This document shows, one piece after another, positions 9,927 to 21,350 of a DNA stretch of 64,000 nucleotides. Location: the NCBI GenBank assembly GCA_043797085.1, contig JAZDQA010000001.1, positions 1 through 64,000 on the forward strand, given 5' to 3'. The DNA is from Pseudomonadota bacterium. GTDB lineage: Bacteria > Campylobacterota > Campylobacteria > Campylobacterales > Sulfurimonadaceae. The position numbers and the translations under genes are program-made. Under the pieces are notes generated by a model, which made no database searches, was not told the DNA's origin, and was given only the letters and a program-made list of their open reading frames with translations. The stretch's first letter is position 1. Every line of letters begins with the position of its first letter.

Positions 9927-10755
9927 TCCACTCCTCTAGTACGGGGTAGTTGTGTTGTTTTAAATAGTGAAATAAATCGTTTTGATTGGATGCGGTTTGT
10001 ATCGCAATAAAAGGAATTTCCATAAAAAGGACTTCATGGACCATCACACTAGGAGTAATGATGGCGAGGTGGCTTTGATGTAAAAGTTTGGCTATTTCGC
10101 CAGAATTGATGTGGAGAGTAATATTTGATTTTTCGTGACTATAGTTCTCCAATTCTTTTAAATGTTGATTGGCAGAAGTGCTAACGACGCATATTTTCAA
10201 AGAATCGTCAACAGTTCTTAAAATTTCGGGGGTAATATTGGTGACATCTGCTCCTCCCATAGCAATAAAAAGATCGTAAAGTTTTACTCTTTTTATCCTT
10301 TTTTCATGTTTGAATTCATCTCGGATTAGGGTGTAGGTGCTCCCGCATCTAACTTCACAGTGCTCAGGGACGAGCTGAAGATACCGTTTTGAATCCGCGG
10401 AAATATTATGGTTGAGGAGAATATCACAATGATGTTTTTCATACGTATCATCCAAACTCATAATACTAACACCTGTTTGTTCTTTAATGAATTTTTCATA
10501 CTCTGCATCAATACCATAGTGATCAAATATAACCATATCAATCTCCAAGGAGAATATGAGTTCTATCAGCTCTTTGACATCATTGGAGTGGAGGATATGG
10601 ACGGGATGGGGGATTTTAGAGAGGAGATTTCCCTCTAAATCTTGGCAGGCAAAGATGATAGCATCATCACGATAGTGTGTTGCTAAAACCAAATCACGCA
10701 TGATGTGTCCCAATCCGATTTGACTGGAAGAATCAGCGCGAAATAAAATATTCAT
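9892..10755 (-). CDS. pseG: UDP-2,4-diacetamido-2,4,6-trideoxy-altropyranose hydrolase
   Basis: LFRADSSSQIGLGHIMRDLVLA, FDHYGID, TASNQ. Confidence 0.9.
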   Translation of the reverse strand: MNILFRADSSSQIGLGHIMRDLVLATHYRDDAIIFACQDLEGNLLSKIPHPVHILHSNDVKELIELIFSLEIDMVIFDHYGIDAEYEKFIKEQTGVSIMSLDDTYEKHHCDILLNHNISADSKRYLQLVPEHCEVRCGSTYTLIRDEFKHEKRIKRVKLYDLFIAMGGADVTNITPEILRTVDDSLKICVVSTSANQHLKELENYSHEKSNITLHINSGEIAKLLHQSHLAIITPSVMVHEVLFMEIPFIAIQTASNQNDLFHYLKQHNYPVLEEWNADAITQFYHS

Positions 10756-11441
10756 AGACTTTGGAGTACTTTGTACATGAGTTCAGCTCTCTCCCAATCC
10801 TCAGGCGTATCGATATCTTGGACAAGATGTCGAGGGAGGACGATGGTTGTTGCTGCATCAGAAAAAATCAGCTTCCCTTCCAACCATGCATCCGCCGTCC
10901 CCCAATAAAATTGCCCGACATCGTGATACGCTTCTTCGAGGTCTTGGCTACGCGAGGCAAAGTGTTCGGGGTAGAACATTTTAATAGTTCCATCGACATC
11001 TCGTTTAACCCCTCTGAATATCGGAAAGGGAAACGTTGTAACGGGAAAAGTATAATGTTTGTTTTGTTCTATAAGGGCGTTATAGGCGCGGATAATATCC
11101 TCTGAACGGATAAAAGGGGCTGTTGCATAAATACAGCATGCCGCTTCGATAACATCCCCTTTTGCTCGAAGTGCTTGGATGGCGTGCGCAATGACGGGAA
11201 TGGTAGCGGTATGATCATCACTGAGTTCTTTGGGACGTAAAAAAGGGACTTCAGCGCCATAGTTTCGTGCCACTTCTGCGATTTCATCATCATCGGTACT
11301 GACGATAATCTTATCAAACAAACCGGATTTTACTGCTGCTTCAATGCTGTAGGCGATAATGGGTTTTCCATGAAAAAGTTTTATGTTTTTACGAGGGATT
11401 CGTTTGCTGCCGCCGCGTGCAGGGATAATCGCAACACGCAT
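10752..11441 (-). CDS. pseF: Pseudaminic acid cytidylyltransferase
   Basis: AIIPARGGSKRIPRKNIK, SRSQDLEEAYHDVGQFYWG, QDIDTPEDW. Confidence 0.92.
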   Translation of the reverse strand: MRVAIIPARGGSKRIPRKNIKLFHGKPIIAYSIEAAVKSGLFDKIIVSTDDDEIAEVARNYGAEVPFLRPKELSDDHTATIPVIAHAIQALRAKGDVIEAACCIYATAPFIRSEDIIRAYNALIEQNKHYTFPVTTFPFPIFRGVKRDVDGTIKMFYPEHFASRSQDLEEAYHDVGQFYWGTADAWLEGKLIFSDAATTIVLPRHLVQDIDTPEDWERAELMYKVLQSL

Positions 11442-12568
11442 TAGACGTTACATCCTCTGTAAGCATATTTTTCGACTATTTCCAGAACCGTATCAGCAAC
11501 ATATTTGGCATCTTTCATGCTCATTTTTTGATGGCAGGGGATAGAGAGTTCACTTTTGTAAAACAGTTCTGCCGTGGCAAGTCGTTGTTCGCCAAAGCGT
11601 TCTTTGTAAAAACTGTTTTGATAGATCGGTTTATAGTGTACTTGTATGCCCAGACCTTTTTCTTGAAGTTCAGTGAAGATTTCTTCTTTGACGCAATGAA
11701 GCTCAGGATTTAATAGCAAGACATAGAGATGACGCGCGCTTTGTTCGTTTAGATCGATGTGAATAGTACTAAAAAGTTTATGATGTTCAAAACGCTCATC
11801 GTAATAGCGGGCAATGGTTTCACGTACATTGATAAAACGATCGAGTTTATGCAACTGTGAGAGTCCCAGTGCGGCGGCATATTCTGTGAGGCGGTAATTA
11901 TGTCCAAGGCTCACCATATCGGAGTTCCAAAGCTGTTTTTTCACGATGCCATGAGAACGAAAAAGTTTTAATGCCCTGGCAAACTCTTCATTATCGGTGA
12001 CAACTGCTCCCCCTTCACCTGTGGTGATTGGTTTGATGGCATGAAAGCTAAAAACAGTCATATCCGAAAAAGAGCCGACTTTTTGATGCCTAATATCACT
12101 CCCAAGTGCATGAGAAGCATCGTCTATAACCAGTAAATTATTTTTTTTTGCAATAGCATTAATGGTACGAATGGCAACAGGTTTTCCGCCAAAATCGACG
12201 GGTACAATCGCTTTAGTATGGGGAGTTATGAGTGCTTCGATGAGGTTTTCATCGATGTTTCCATCCATTTTAATATCGCAAAAAACAGGTTTTGCTCCCA
12301 ATGCTATTGCCATATTCGATGTCGCGACAAAGCTGATGGGGGTCGTGATAATCTCATCTCCCTCTCCGATGCCACAGACAGCATACGCTCCCAGTAATGC
12401 AGATGTCGCAGAGTTAAAAGTGACACAATAGCGTGCTGTGACGTAGTGAGCGATTGCTTCTTCAAACTCTTCTACTTTAGAGCCTTGGGTAAGATGAGAA
12501 CTTCGTAATATATCAACAACAGCGGCAATATCATCCTCTTCAATGAGTTGCGTCGAATACGGAATCAT
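11441..12568 (-). CDS. pseC: UDP-4-amino-4,6-dideoxy-AltNAc transaminase
   Basis: MIPYSTQ, FNSATSAL, DASHALG, FSFHAIKPITTGEGG. Confidence 0.92.
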   Translation of the reverse strand: MIPYSTQLIEEDDIAAVVDILRSSHLTQGSKVEEFEEAIAHYVTARYCVTFNSATSALLGAYAVCGIGEGDEIITTPISFVATSNMAIALGAKPVFCDIKMDGNIDENLIEALITPHTKAIVPVDFGGKPVAIRTINAIAKKNNLLVIDDASHALGSDIRHQKVGSFSDMTVFSFHAIKPITTGEGGAVVTDNEEFARALKLFRSHGIVKKQLWNSDMVSLGHNYRLTEYAAALGLSQLHKLDRFINVRETIARYYDERFEHHKLFSTIHIDLNEQSARHLYVLLLNPELHCVKEEIFTELQEKGLGIQVHYKPIYQNSFYKERFGEQRLATAELFYKSELSIPCHQKMSMKDAKYVADTVLEIVEKYAYRGCNV

Positions 12569-12571
12569 GGG

Positions 12572-13627
<1,056 letters not shown>

Positions 13628-15025
13628 CTACTTGTTTGCAGCGGCCATGGCATCAATTTGTTGTTTGAGGGAGCTAAATTGACTTGTAAGTCGAGACATT
13701 ATGGTGTCATATTGAACAAAGCGTGCTGTCATTGTTTCGTATCGTGCATCCAAAAGTGATTGGGAACGGGTTTTATTTAATGTCAATGCTTTAAGCTCAG
13801 TAGCAGAACCTGTCGTTAGTGTTTGCATGATTCCGCTTGACCCAGTATATCGTACGAGAAGATCTTTCATGGACGTAAATAGACCATTTTTTCTTGAGGT
13901 GTTTCCAGCGCTATCAATGGTTGTACTTCCAGCAAAAAAAGTTTCTGAAGCAGAAGGATTTTCATTAAATTTCGTAAGAAAGGTACTGCTGTTAAAGCTC
14001 ATAGTCCCTGTTTGACTTAGATCAATTCCAAACTGCGGCAATGATAAACCATTGTTATTAACCGACGTAATAATTTTATTAATTTCACGAGTAATGGCAT
14101 TTATGGAGTTGTCTCCGTTAAAAATACCCACTTTCCCAGCAGCAATATCAGCGGTGGTCATGCTGGTGAGCTGAGAGGTTAATGTATTGTAGTTCTGTGT
14201 GAATGATTTTAGTTCATCACTTATTGCCTGAGTATCTTGAGCAATTGAAATATTGGCACTTCCACTGTCTGTGAGTAAATCGATAGTCATTCCAGGGACG
14301 ATATCGGTAATTGTATTCGTGCTCCTTGTCATCGAAATCCCGTTATATTTGAATGTGGCATCCAATGATGCTTGTATGTTTTGCATTCCTGTTGGGTTGT
14401 TTGTCAAATCGTAAGCAAGCAGTTTTGTGCTCAGAGAGCCTCCTGTAGAATCGGTCATTACGATATTTTGATCCAGCCCCGTTTTGACTGATGCAAGAAC
14501 GAGTCGGTAATCACCTGAACCCACTTGCAACGTTGATGCTTTAACACTGCTTCCGGCAATAGTATTGATTGAATCACGTAGCTCTTCGAGTGTAGTTGCG
14601 GAAGTGTAAGGAACGGTATAAACGACGCCGCCGACTGTAAGCCCAACGTCCCCAGATCCACTGGCAATGCTATTGGTTGTAGCAGCAAAAGTACCGGATT
14701 CTTTGATATTCTTTTGAGCTAACACCGTATTTGAGATAGAAAATGATTGCACTGCAACCCCTGCATCTGCTGTTACGCTTACTGAAGATGTACCTCCTGA
14801 AACGCTTCTTTTTTGATAAAGAGACGTGTCTCCCAGTGCACTAGCACTAGAGTTAAAGGTGCTTAGAAGACTGTTTAAAAGACTCAATGCGCTGTCTTTT
14901 TGTTTTTGTAAAGTTATTTTATTATCAATCGGAGTAATCAAGGCTGACGTATCCGCAGCTTTAAGCTGATCAATAACCGTGGATGTGAGTACTCCAGACC
15001 CAGCCCCAAGTGAAGCAACTGCCAT
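13628..15025 (-). CDS. fliD: Flagellar filament capping protein
   Basis: ASLGAGSGVLTSTVIDQLKAAD N-terminus, YRLVLAS, TRSTNTITD, C-terminal LDARYETMTARF..YD. Confidence 0.9.
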   Translation of the reverse strand: MAVASLGAGSGVLTSTVIDQLKAADTSALITPIDNKITLQKQKDSALSLLNSLLSTFNSSASALGDTSLYQKRSVSGGTSSVSVTADAGVAVQSFSISNTVLAQKNIKESGTFAATTNSIASGSGDVGLTVGGVVYTVPYTSATTLEELRDSINTIAGSSVKASTLQVGSGDYRLVLASVKTGLDQNIVMTDSTGGSLSTKLLAYDLTNNPTGMQNIQASLDATFKYNGISMTRSTNTITDIVPGMTIDLLTDSGSANISIAQDTQAISDELKSFTQNYNTLTSQLTSMTTADIAAGKVGIFNGDNSINAITREINKIITSVNNNGLSLPQFGIDLSQTGTMSFNSSTFLTKFNENPSASETFFAGSTTIDSAGNTSRKNGLFTSMKDLLVRYTGSSGIMQTLTTGSATELKALTLNKTRSQSLLDARYETMTARFVQYDTIMSRLTSQFSSLKQQIDAMAAANK

Positions 15026-15059
15026 AGTAAATCCTTTTACTTAAATCATTATAGAACTA

Positions 15060-15086
15060 ACATCGACCAAATTGGTCAAAATTGTA
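15060..15086 (-). promoter_or_regulatory. Possible sigma28 (FliA) promoter for fliD
   Basis: Minus strand TACA-N15-GTCGATGT resembles TAAA-N15-GCCGATAA. Confidence 0.45.
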
Positions 15087-15102
15087 ATTGTCGATAGGTA
15101 TA

Positions 15103-15119
15103 AAGCAAAAAGAGTTCCT
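15103..15119 (-). promoter_or_regulatory. Sigma54 promoter upstream of fliD
   Basis: Minus strand AGGAACTCTTTTTGCTT = GG-N10-GC. Confidence 0.65.
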
Positions 15120-15131
15120 TCTAATGTTTTC

Positions 15132-15160
15132 TTGCTTTTAAAATCCATATTGGGTACAAT
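15132..15160 (+). promoter_or_regulatory. Sigma70 promoter of SRP RNA
   Basis: TTGCTT-N17-TACAAT immediately before the RNA 5' end. Confidence 0.65.
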
Positions 15161-15166
15161 GCGATT

Positions 15167-15270
15167 TCTCTTCATTAGACCTGTGCAAGGGTGCGTTTAG
15201 ACAGCGTGTCAGGACAGGAATGTAGCAGCACACCTAGTCGCGCTTTGTGCCGCAGGTATCTGATGGGGAG
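15167..15270 (+). ncRNA. ffs: Signal recognition particle RNA (small 4.5S type)
   Basis: Helix 8 signature GTCAGG-ACA-GGAA-TGT-AGCAGC; 5' CTCTTCATTAGACCTGTG pairs with 3' CGCAGGTATCTGATGGGGAG; T-tract follows. Confidence 0.9.
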
Positions 15271-15392
15271 TCTTTTTTCTCACTTTTCACACACTTCTAT
15301 CACAATCTTTTCAAATCGTAAAAATAAAGAATAAATTTAATCTACAATGTTCTATAATCTTTTCAGATAGTTTAAATATTTTGGAGAAACGA

Positions 15393-16205
15393 ATGAGACC
15401 CGAATTAATGGAACAAATCGAGCATGTTCCGATGCTCCCAGAAACCGTTCAAAAAGTAGAAGCGGTATACAATAACCCCGATAGCGGTGTAGCAGAGATG
15501 GCAAATGCGGTCAAAGAAGATCCGATTATTACTGCGTATATTCTTAAAACAGCCAACTCTCCCCTATACGGACTTAGCCGCACGGTTACCGATGTGGCTC
15601 AAGCCATTTCACTTTTGGGTAAAGATACGGTACGGACGTTTACGATTGCTTCAGCGGCAAACACGTGTATGGATATTGACCTCTCTCCGTACGGGATGAC
15701 GCAAAATAATTATTTGGCTAGGGCGCAGTTGCAAAATGCTTTGGTTAGCCGATGGGTTGCCAAGGTCGATCGCTCCTTGCTTGGACATTTGTCGCTGGCT
15801 TCATTTTTACTTGAATTGGGGAAAATCGTTATCAGTCGCTATTTGATTCAATCAAGTCAAGGAATATTGTTAAGCGATGCATTGCTCAAGGGTGATTCAA
15901 TGAAAAAAGCTGAGATTGGTGCATGCGGAAGTAAATCGGAAGACGTGACGGCAACGCTCTTTTATCGATGGAATTTCGATCCCGACTTGGTACATCTGAT
16001 CCGATACGCGAATGAGCCCGAAGATGCCTCTGACCCTGAGACGCAAGAGATGGCAAAATTTCTAAAAGTAGCGAAAGAAGCGATTACCCTCGAGGGAACA
16101 ATGACGGCTGCAACATTAAAAAATGCTCGTGAACTGATTGAAGAATACGGTATGAATCAAAATCTTTTCGACGAAACGGTCGAAAAAATTCTCTCTGCAG
16201 CTTAA
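15393..16205 (+). CDS. HDOD domain signal transduction protein
   Basis: PMLPETV, DPIITAYILKTANSPLYG, AISLLG, LELGKIV, WNF; ATG 15393 after GGAG. Confidence 0.88.
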   Translation: MRPELMEQIEHVPMLPETVQKVEAVYNNPDSGVAEMANAVKEDPIITAYILKTANSPLYGLSRTVTDVAQAISLLGKDTVRTFTIASAANTCMDIDLSPYGMTQNNYLARAQLQNALVSRWVAKVDRSLLGHLSLASFLLELGKIVISRYLIQSSQGILLSDALLKGDSMKKAEIGACGSKSEDVTATLFYRWNFDPDLVHLIRYANEPEDASDPETQEMAKFLKVAKEAITLEGTMTAATLKNARELIEEYGMNQNLFDETVEKILSAA

Positions 16206-16429
16206 TCTTCTCTGTAATTTCCCGCCTTGCATCCGGATGGACTGCTAGGCGGATTATCCCGCAAATAACATAAATCTTCATGCGCTTGTTTAAGTACCTT
16301 GCTCTCACGTAACAGCGGCAGCATTTTTTCATCTTTTTCACTGAGTGAAAGAGATTGATTGTACAACAATGCTTTGACTTCGGAATCGACTGCGGCAAGG
16401 GCTGCTTCGAGGTGAGTTAGTGAAACCAT
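16202..16429 (-). CDS. Small hypothetical protein (75 aa)
   Basis: ORF with helical character filling the gap between HDOD and the deacetylase; no family recognised. Confidence 0.55.
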   Translation of the reverse strand: MVSLTHLEAALAAVDSEVKALLYNQSLSLSEKDEKMLPLLRESKVLKQAHEDLCYLRDNPPSSPSGCKAGNYRED

Positions 16430-16475
16430 AGGGATTTTCCTGTATTTTTGAGTGATTATAGCTATAATTTGATCT

Positions 16476-17345
16476 ATGAATATTAATAATTTTATAACTT
16501 TCGATATCGAAGAGTGGTTTCATGCAAATTATGAAGAAGTGAATGGCAAGGAGACTACTGCGGGGGGTGGTTTTGATGCAATATCAACGAATTTAGAATC
16601 CAATGTCGATCGTCTGATTGATTTATGTGCTGAGTATGGAGTTAAGTCGACATGTTTTATACTCGGTGATGTAGCAAAAAATAAGCCGTACGTGGTTAAA
16701 AAGCTTTTTGAAGCAGGACACGAGATTGCCTCGCACGGAATGTCTCATAAGCTTATCTACCCAATGACTCCTGAAGAATTTTCGACAGATTTAAGAACTT
16801 CAAATGCTATACTGGAACAAATCACAGGTCAAAAAGTTGTTGGCTTCCGTGCCCCTTCATGGTCTGTAAAACGAGAAACGTTGCCATGGTTTTATGAAAT
16901 TTTGGCACAGGAAGGTTTTTTGTATTCCTCTTCCATCTATCCTGCCAAAAATACAATTTTTGGGATTCCGAACTTTCCTGTTACTCCTCACTATCCTACC
17001 TCTAACCTTGTCTTAGAAATACCCCAAAGCGTGATGAATCTTTTTGGAAATAAAGTTGGCTATGCAGGCGGCGGATATTTGCGATTTTTTCCTACATGGC
17101 TTATAAAACAACAGATACGAAAAAATAATAAAGAGGGCAAGCCCGTTTTTATCTATCTCCACCCACGAGAAATTGATATCCATCAACCGAGATTGAAGCT
17201 TGGGATGATGGATGGGTATTTTCATTACCAAGGGATTGGAGGATGTGAAGAAAAATTTTCTTCTTTATTAAAGGAGTTTCAACACAGTTTTATACGGATG
17301 GATGAGTATGTTAAAAAAGTGCAGGCTGTAACGACTTTAATTTAA
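16476..17345 (+). CDS. Polysaccharide deacetylase (CE4, DUF3473-type)
   Basis: TFDIEEWFH, HEIASHGMSH, GFRAPSWS, GGGYLR, YLHPREID. Confidence 0.85.
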   Translation: MNINNFITFDIEEWFHANYEEVNGKETTAGGGFDAISTNLESNVDRLIDLCAEYGVKSTCFILGDVAKNKPYVVKKLFEAGHEIASHGMSHKLIYPMTPEEFSTDLRTSNAILEQITGQKVVGFRAPSWSVKRETLPWFYEILAQEGFLYSSSIYPAKNTIFGIPNFPVTPHYPTSNLVLEIPQSVMNLFGNKVGYAGGGYLRFFPTWLIKQQIRKNNKEGKPVFIYLHPREIDIHQPRLKLGMMDGYFHYQGIGGCEEKFSSLLKEFQHSFIRMDEYVKKVQAVTTLI

Positions 17346-17859
17346 AACTTTTTCGATGAATAGCGCAATATCCGTATTGCCGTATTGCTTCGATGTGCAT
17401 ACTTGAACCATACCCCTTGTGTCCATCAAATCCATATTGGGGATAAAGAGGAGCGAGTTCAACCATCTCTCGATCTCGCGTTACTTTAGCCAGTATTGAA
17501 GCTGCACTGACTTCAGGGACCGTTGCATCGGCTTTGACCAGTGTCTTGAGATTCGCTATACCAAAAGAGCAATTTCCATCGTATAAATAATCCGCTTCCC
17601 CGATGGAGTTCATGATTTCATGAAGACCCGATGAGAGACAATGAGAAAGTCCAAATTCATCGATGTCAGATGCGCTAAATCGTGCAATGTGATAGGTAGA
17701 GTTGGCGATGATCTCTTCGAAAAGTGCTTCCCGTTTTTTTTCACTGAGTTTTTTTGAGTCATTTAAACCATTGATTGTTTTATGGAGAATGACTCCTGCT
17801 ATCGTGAGCGGTCCAGCTAATGGTCCTCGTCCTGCTTCATCAATTCCACATAAATGCAT
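17311..17859 (-). CDS. rnhB: Ribonuclease HII
   Basis: GIDEAGRGPLAGP, DSKKLS, SAASILAKV, HKGYG; ATG 17859 after GGAG. Confidence 0.95.
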   Translation of the reverse strand: MHLCGIDEAGRGPLAGPLTIAGVILHKTINGLNDSKKLSEKKREALFEEIIANSTYHIARFSASDIDEFGLSHCLSSGLHEIMNSIGEADYLYDGNCSFGIANLKTLVKADATVPEVSAASILAKVTRDREMVELAPLYPQYGFDGHKGYGSSMHIEAIRQYGYCAIHRKSFKLKSLQPALF

Positions 17860-17924
17860 TATTTCTCCGTTACTTAGCGATATTTTATCTTCTAATTTGC
17901 TATGATACACAAAAAGGAGTGTTT

Positions 17925-18602
17925 ATGATAAAAAAAGCTTTATTAGCGGTATGCTTTGGTATTTCAAGTGCATCTGCAGCTACTATTTTAGGATTCGGTG
18001 CTGAGGCTGATTATTACAGTCCTACAGTTAGTGGAAATTTTAGTTACACAGGTAATGGGAGTACTACGAGTACCAAATTTTCGGATGATACTCAATCGAG
18101 TTATCAGCTCGGTGTTTATTTAGAGCATCCGGTTCCTATGCTCCCAAATATCCGTATCGATTATACCCCTGAAACTGCTTTTAGCGGTACAGACAGTTTG
18201 GCTGGAACAAATAAGGTTTCCTTTAAACAACTAGACGGAACCCTTTATTACGAACTTCTGGATAATATTGTTGATTTGGATGTAGGGGTGACGTTTAAAG
18301 CTGTTGATGGGAAAGTAGAAGGCCTATCAAATCAAGATTTTAATGTTGTCATTCCAATGCTTTATGTTGGTACGGGTATCAAAATACCTGTTTTACCGAT
18401 TCACGTAGTTGGTGATGTGAAATACGTAGCATACAGCGGAGATTCGGTGATCGATGCCCGCGCTAAAGCAATTTGGGATATTTTTGCCGGTTTACAAGCA
18501 CAAGCAGGTCTTCGATATGAGTCCGTTAAGATTGATACGCAGGGTATAAAGTCGGATGTGACGTTTAAAGGACCTTTCGTCGGTCTAGGATATACCTTTT
18601 AA
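17925..18602 (+). CDS. Outer-membrane beta-barrel protein (TIGR04219-like)
   Basis: Signal peptide, LEHPVPMLPNIR, LYYELLDN, C-terminal YTF; ATG 17925 after AGGAG. Confidence 0.75.
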   Translation: MIKKALLAVCFGISSASAATILGFGAEADYYSPTVSGNFSYTGNGSTTSTKFSDDTQSSYQLGVYLEHPVPMLPNIRIDYTPETAFSGTDSLAGTNKVSFKQLDGTLYYELLDNIVDLDVGVTFKAVDGKVEGLSNQDFNVVIPMLYVGTGIKIPVLPIHVVGDVKYVAYSGDSVIDARAKAIWDIFAGLQAQAGLRYESVKIDTQGIKSDVTFKGPFVGLGYTF

Positions 18603-19670
18603 TCACTCTTCTCCCAATGCCCATTGTGCAAAAGGTACCATCTCGATTTTTGCAATCGGATGGGAGAGGGTATTTTCCAAATTCATTGTTACTACAATAA
18701 CCTCTTTGACTTGATAGGTGATGATAAACCCTTCCAATGCTTCTACTTTTTTAAACAAGGCATGCTCATTCGCAAACGCCGAAGCTAAAATGATTTGATT
18801 TCTCTCAGGGAGATAAAAATCAATCCCTTCATCGTAATAACACTTTATCTCATGTTTTATCAGTTCCAAAAAAACCAAATTTTCGAATACTTTTCCAAAA
18901 TGCTTTTGTAAAACAAGTGCATTTTTGATAGCAATATCGCACAAATAGAGTTTTTTAATGGCACTAGGGTGATTAAACTTTTCACATCCATAAAGATAGT
19001 GTTTATCAAACAGCGACTGTAGATGGGTGTAGAGTTTGTCTTTGGAAATCTTACGTTCACTTTTCAAGCGCTCATAGAGGGTGAAAGCAGAAACTTTTTG
19101 CGTGAGCATCTTGGACGCTTGAACCATTATAGAAAGCTCAATCTCAGATAAAGAGAGACTCAAGGTTTTTTGGAGATAAAGGGAACGCTCTTCACTGGGC
19201 AATCGGTGCATAGCAGGAAACCCGCCAAGCTGAAAAAAGTGATTAAGGGCAGTTGAATCGTAGTATTTTGATTCGAATGCGAGAAACTCTTCGTAATCGA
19301 GGAGATGAAGGTCCAGTGTCTCAAACTCATTTTGATCGGTATATTCGCTGGAGAGGATGATTTGATCTAAATGAAAGAGCTTAATAGTGCTGTAGTAATT
19401 ATCAAGAGCCAATATCTTAATTTTATGTTCAATACAAAAAGGTTCAAGTGTCTCATTCAGCTCATGAATATCCAGACGCATGTCACGGCAATCCAAATAA
19501 AGATAGGATGATTTTTTGTGTGAAAGTAAATAATTCTTTATTAAAAAGGTTTTACCCGACTGAGCAATTCCCATAATCCATACACTTTCTTCATTAAGAG
19601 ATGCTTTACGCTCGATGAAGAAGGGGTTGTGTAAGTCGTGTCGATAATATTCATCTAAAAGTGTATTCAT
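18603..19670 (-). CDS. AAA+ ATP-binding protein (AAA_14/DUF4143-like)
   Basis: GIAQSGKT Walker A, GGFP, KKLYLCD, FENLVFLEL, IDF. Confidence 0.75.
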   Translation of the reverse strand: MNTLLDEYYRHDLHNPFFIERKASLNEESVWIMGIAQSGKTFLIKNYLLSHKKSSYLYLDCRDMRLDIHELNETLEPFCIEHKIKILALDNYYSTIKLFHLDQIILSSEYTDQNEFETLDLHLLDYEEFLAFESKYYDSTALNHFFQLGGFPAMHRLPSEERSLYLQKTLSLSLSEIELSIMVQASKMLTQKVSAFTLYERLKSERKISKDKLYTHLQSLFDKHYLYGCEKFNHPSAIKKLYLCDIAIKNALVLQKHFGKVFENLVFLELIKHEIKCYYDEGIDFYLPERNQIILASAFANEHALFKKVEALEGFIITYQVKEVIVVTMNLENTLSHPIAKIEMVPFAQWALGEE

Positions 19671-19755
19671 GCGTAAAATAATAGCTTAAATTTTATAGCT
19701 TCCTTATTAAAAGGAAATAAATTTAGTAAAAAATACAATTTTGCTCCTAAAATCA

Positions 19756-19784
19756 TTGACCACAAGGGGGTATGTGGCTATAAT
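19756..19784 (+). promoter_or_regulatory. Sigma70 promoter of the S10 cluster
   Basis: TTGACC-N17-TATAAT; small leader hairpin GTCAG-catcga-CTGAC at 19803-19818. Confidence 0.8.
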
Positions 19785-19841
19785 TCCAGTTGCCTTACAA
19801 TAGTCAGCATCGACTGACGAGTTCTTTATAGAGGAAAAATT

Positions 19842-20153
19842 ATGGAAAAGATTCGTTTGAAACTTAGAGCATACGATCATCGTGTTCTCGATCGTTCAGT
19901 AGCTTCTATCGTTGAAGCCGTAAAGCGTACAGGTGCGGAAATCCGTGGACCAATACCTTTGCCAACAAAGATTCGTAAATATACGGTTCTTAAGTCACCT
20001 CACGTTAACAAAAGTTCACGTGAGCAATTTGAGATTCGTATGCACGCACGTTTGATTGATATCGTATCAGCTACGCCTGATACCGTTGATTCATTAATGA
20101 AGCTTGACTTGGCTCCGGAAGTGGACGTAGAAGTTCGCTCTATGGACAAGTAA
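19842..20153 (+). CDS. rpsJ: 30S ribosomal protein S10
   Basis: [28 protein letters not shown]. Confidence 0.98.
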   Translation: MEKIRLKLRAYDHRVLDRSVASIVEAVKRTGAEIRGPIPLPTKIRKYTVLKSPHVNKSSREQFEIRMHARLIDIVSATPDTVDSLMKLDLAPEVDVEVRSMDK

Positions 20154-20162
20154 GGAGTGGGT

Positions 20163-20741
20163 ATGGAATACATTGTAGAAAAAATCGGTATGAGCCGAAC
20201 AATCGGCGCTAACAGCCAAGCGGTAACTCTTTTAAAAGTAAAAGAAGTAAAAGTTTGTAACGTAGCAGATGGCGTAGCTCTTGTAGCATACAGCCAAGGA
20301 AAAGCACACAATAAGCCAATTGAGGGTCAGCAAAAGAAATATAACCTTTCTGCTGAATTCAACAAATTCGCTACATTGGAAGTTGCTAACACAGAAGCGG
20401 GTGATCAAGATATGACTCCTTTAGCGGACGCAAAAGTCGTTAAAAGCGCATTCAACACCAAAGGTCGCGGTTTTACCGGCGTTATGAAACGTTGGAATTT
20501 TGCCGGCGGACCAGGCGCACACGGTCACCGTTTTCACCGTACTGGTGGATCTATCGGTAACCGCGAATGGCCAGGTAAAGTCCAAAAAGGGCGTAAAATG
20601 TCTGGTCAATACGGTAATGAACTCGTTACTGTAAAAAATAAAGTGATGTCATTTGACGCACAAAACGGTGTATTGGTTGTCGTGGGCGCTGTCCCAGGTG
20701 CAAACGGTGCGCTAGGTCGAGTAAAGGTTGTTAAACAATGA
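20163..20741 (+). CDS. rplC: 50S ribosomal protein L3
   Basis: [25 protein letters not shown] 20163. Confidence 0.97.
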   Translation: MEYIVEKIGMSRTIGANSQAVTLLKVKEVKVCNVADGVALVAYSQGKAHNKPIEGQQKKYNLSAEFNKFATLEVANTEAGDQDMTPLADAKVVKSAFNTKGRGFTGVMKRWNFAGGPGAHGHRFHRTGGSIGNREWPGKVQKGRKMSGQYGNELVTVKNKVMSFDAQNGVLVVVGAVPGANGALGRVKVVKQ

Positions 20742-21349
20742 GTGCTATTGTCTTAAATGAAAAATTTGAAAAAGCCTCTGAATTGGCATTGCCTGAGAGT
20801 TTTAGCGGGATTAATCCACACAACCTTTGGTTGTACGTTAAATCATACCAAGCAAGTATCCGTTCAAACACTGCATCAGCTAAGACTCGTTCTGAGATGC
20901 GTGGTGGTGGTAAAAAACCATGGGCTCAAAAAGGTAAAGGGGGCGCTCGTGCTGGTTCACGTCGTTCACCTATCTTTGTTGGCGGTGCGGTAGCACACGG
21001 TCCAAACACGGGTCGTAACTACGATCAAAAGATCAACAAAAAGCAAAAGAAACTAGCGCTTAAATGTGCACTAGACGCTTGCGCTACTGCTGGAAAATTG
21101 TTTATCGTTGATTCGATTGACGTTCCAAGCGGAAAAACAAAAGATGCTTTGGCGTTGTTCAATACTTTGAATGTACGTGATGCATTGTTCGTTAAAACGA
21201 TTCTCGATGAGAACACGTATCTTGCATTCCGCAATCTCTCTTCTACGTATGTAATTGAAGAGAATGAACTCAACGCCTTTTTGGCTGCGACATATCGCTC
21301 GGTAGTAATCGAAAAAGCGGTATGGGAAAATCTGACTAAAGAGAGCTGA
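20738..21349 (+). CDS. rplD: 50S ribosomal protein L4
   Basis: [19 protein letters not shown]. Confidence 0.97.
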   Translation: MSAIVLNEKFEKASELALPESFSGINPHNLWLYVKSYQASIRSNTASAKTRSEMRGGGKKPWAQKGKGGARAGSRRSPIFVGGAVAHGPNTGRNYDQKINKKQKKLALKCALDACATAGKLFIVDSIDVPSGKTKDALALFNTLNVRDALFVKTILDENTYLAFRNLSSTYVIEENELNAFLAATYRSVVIEKAVWENLTKES

Positions 21350-21350
21350 G

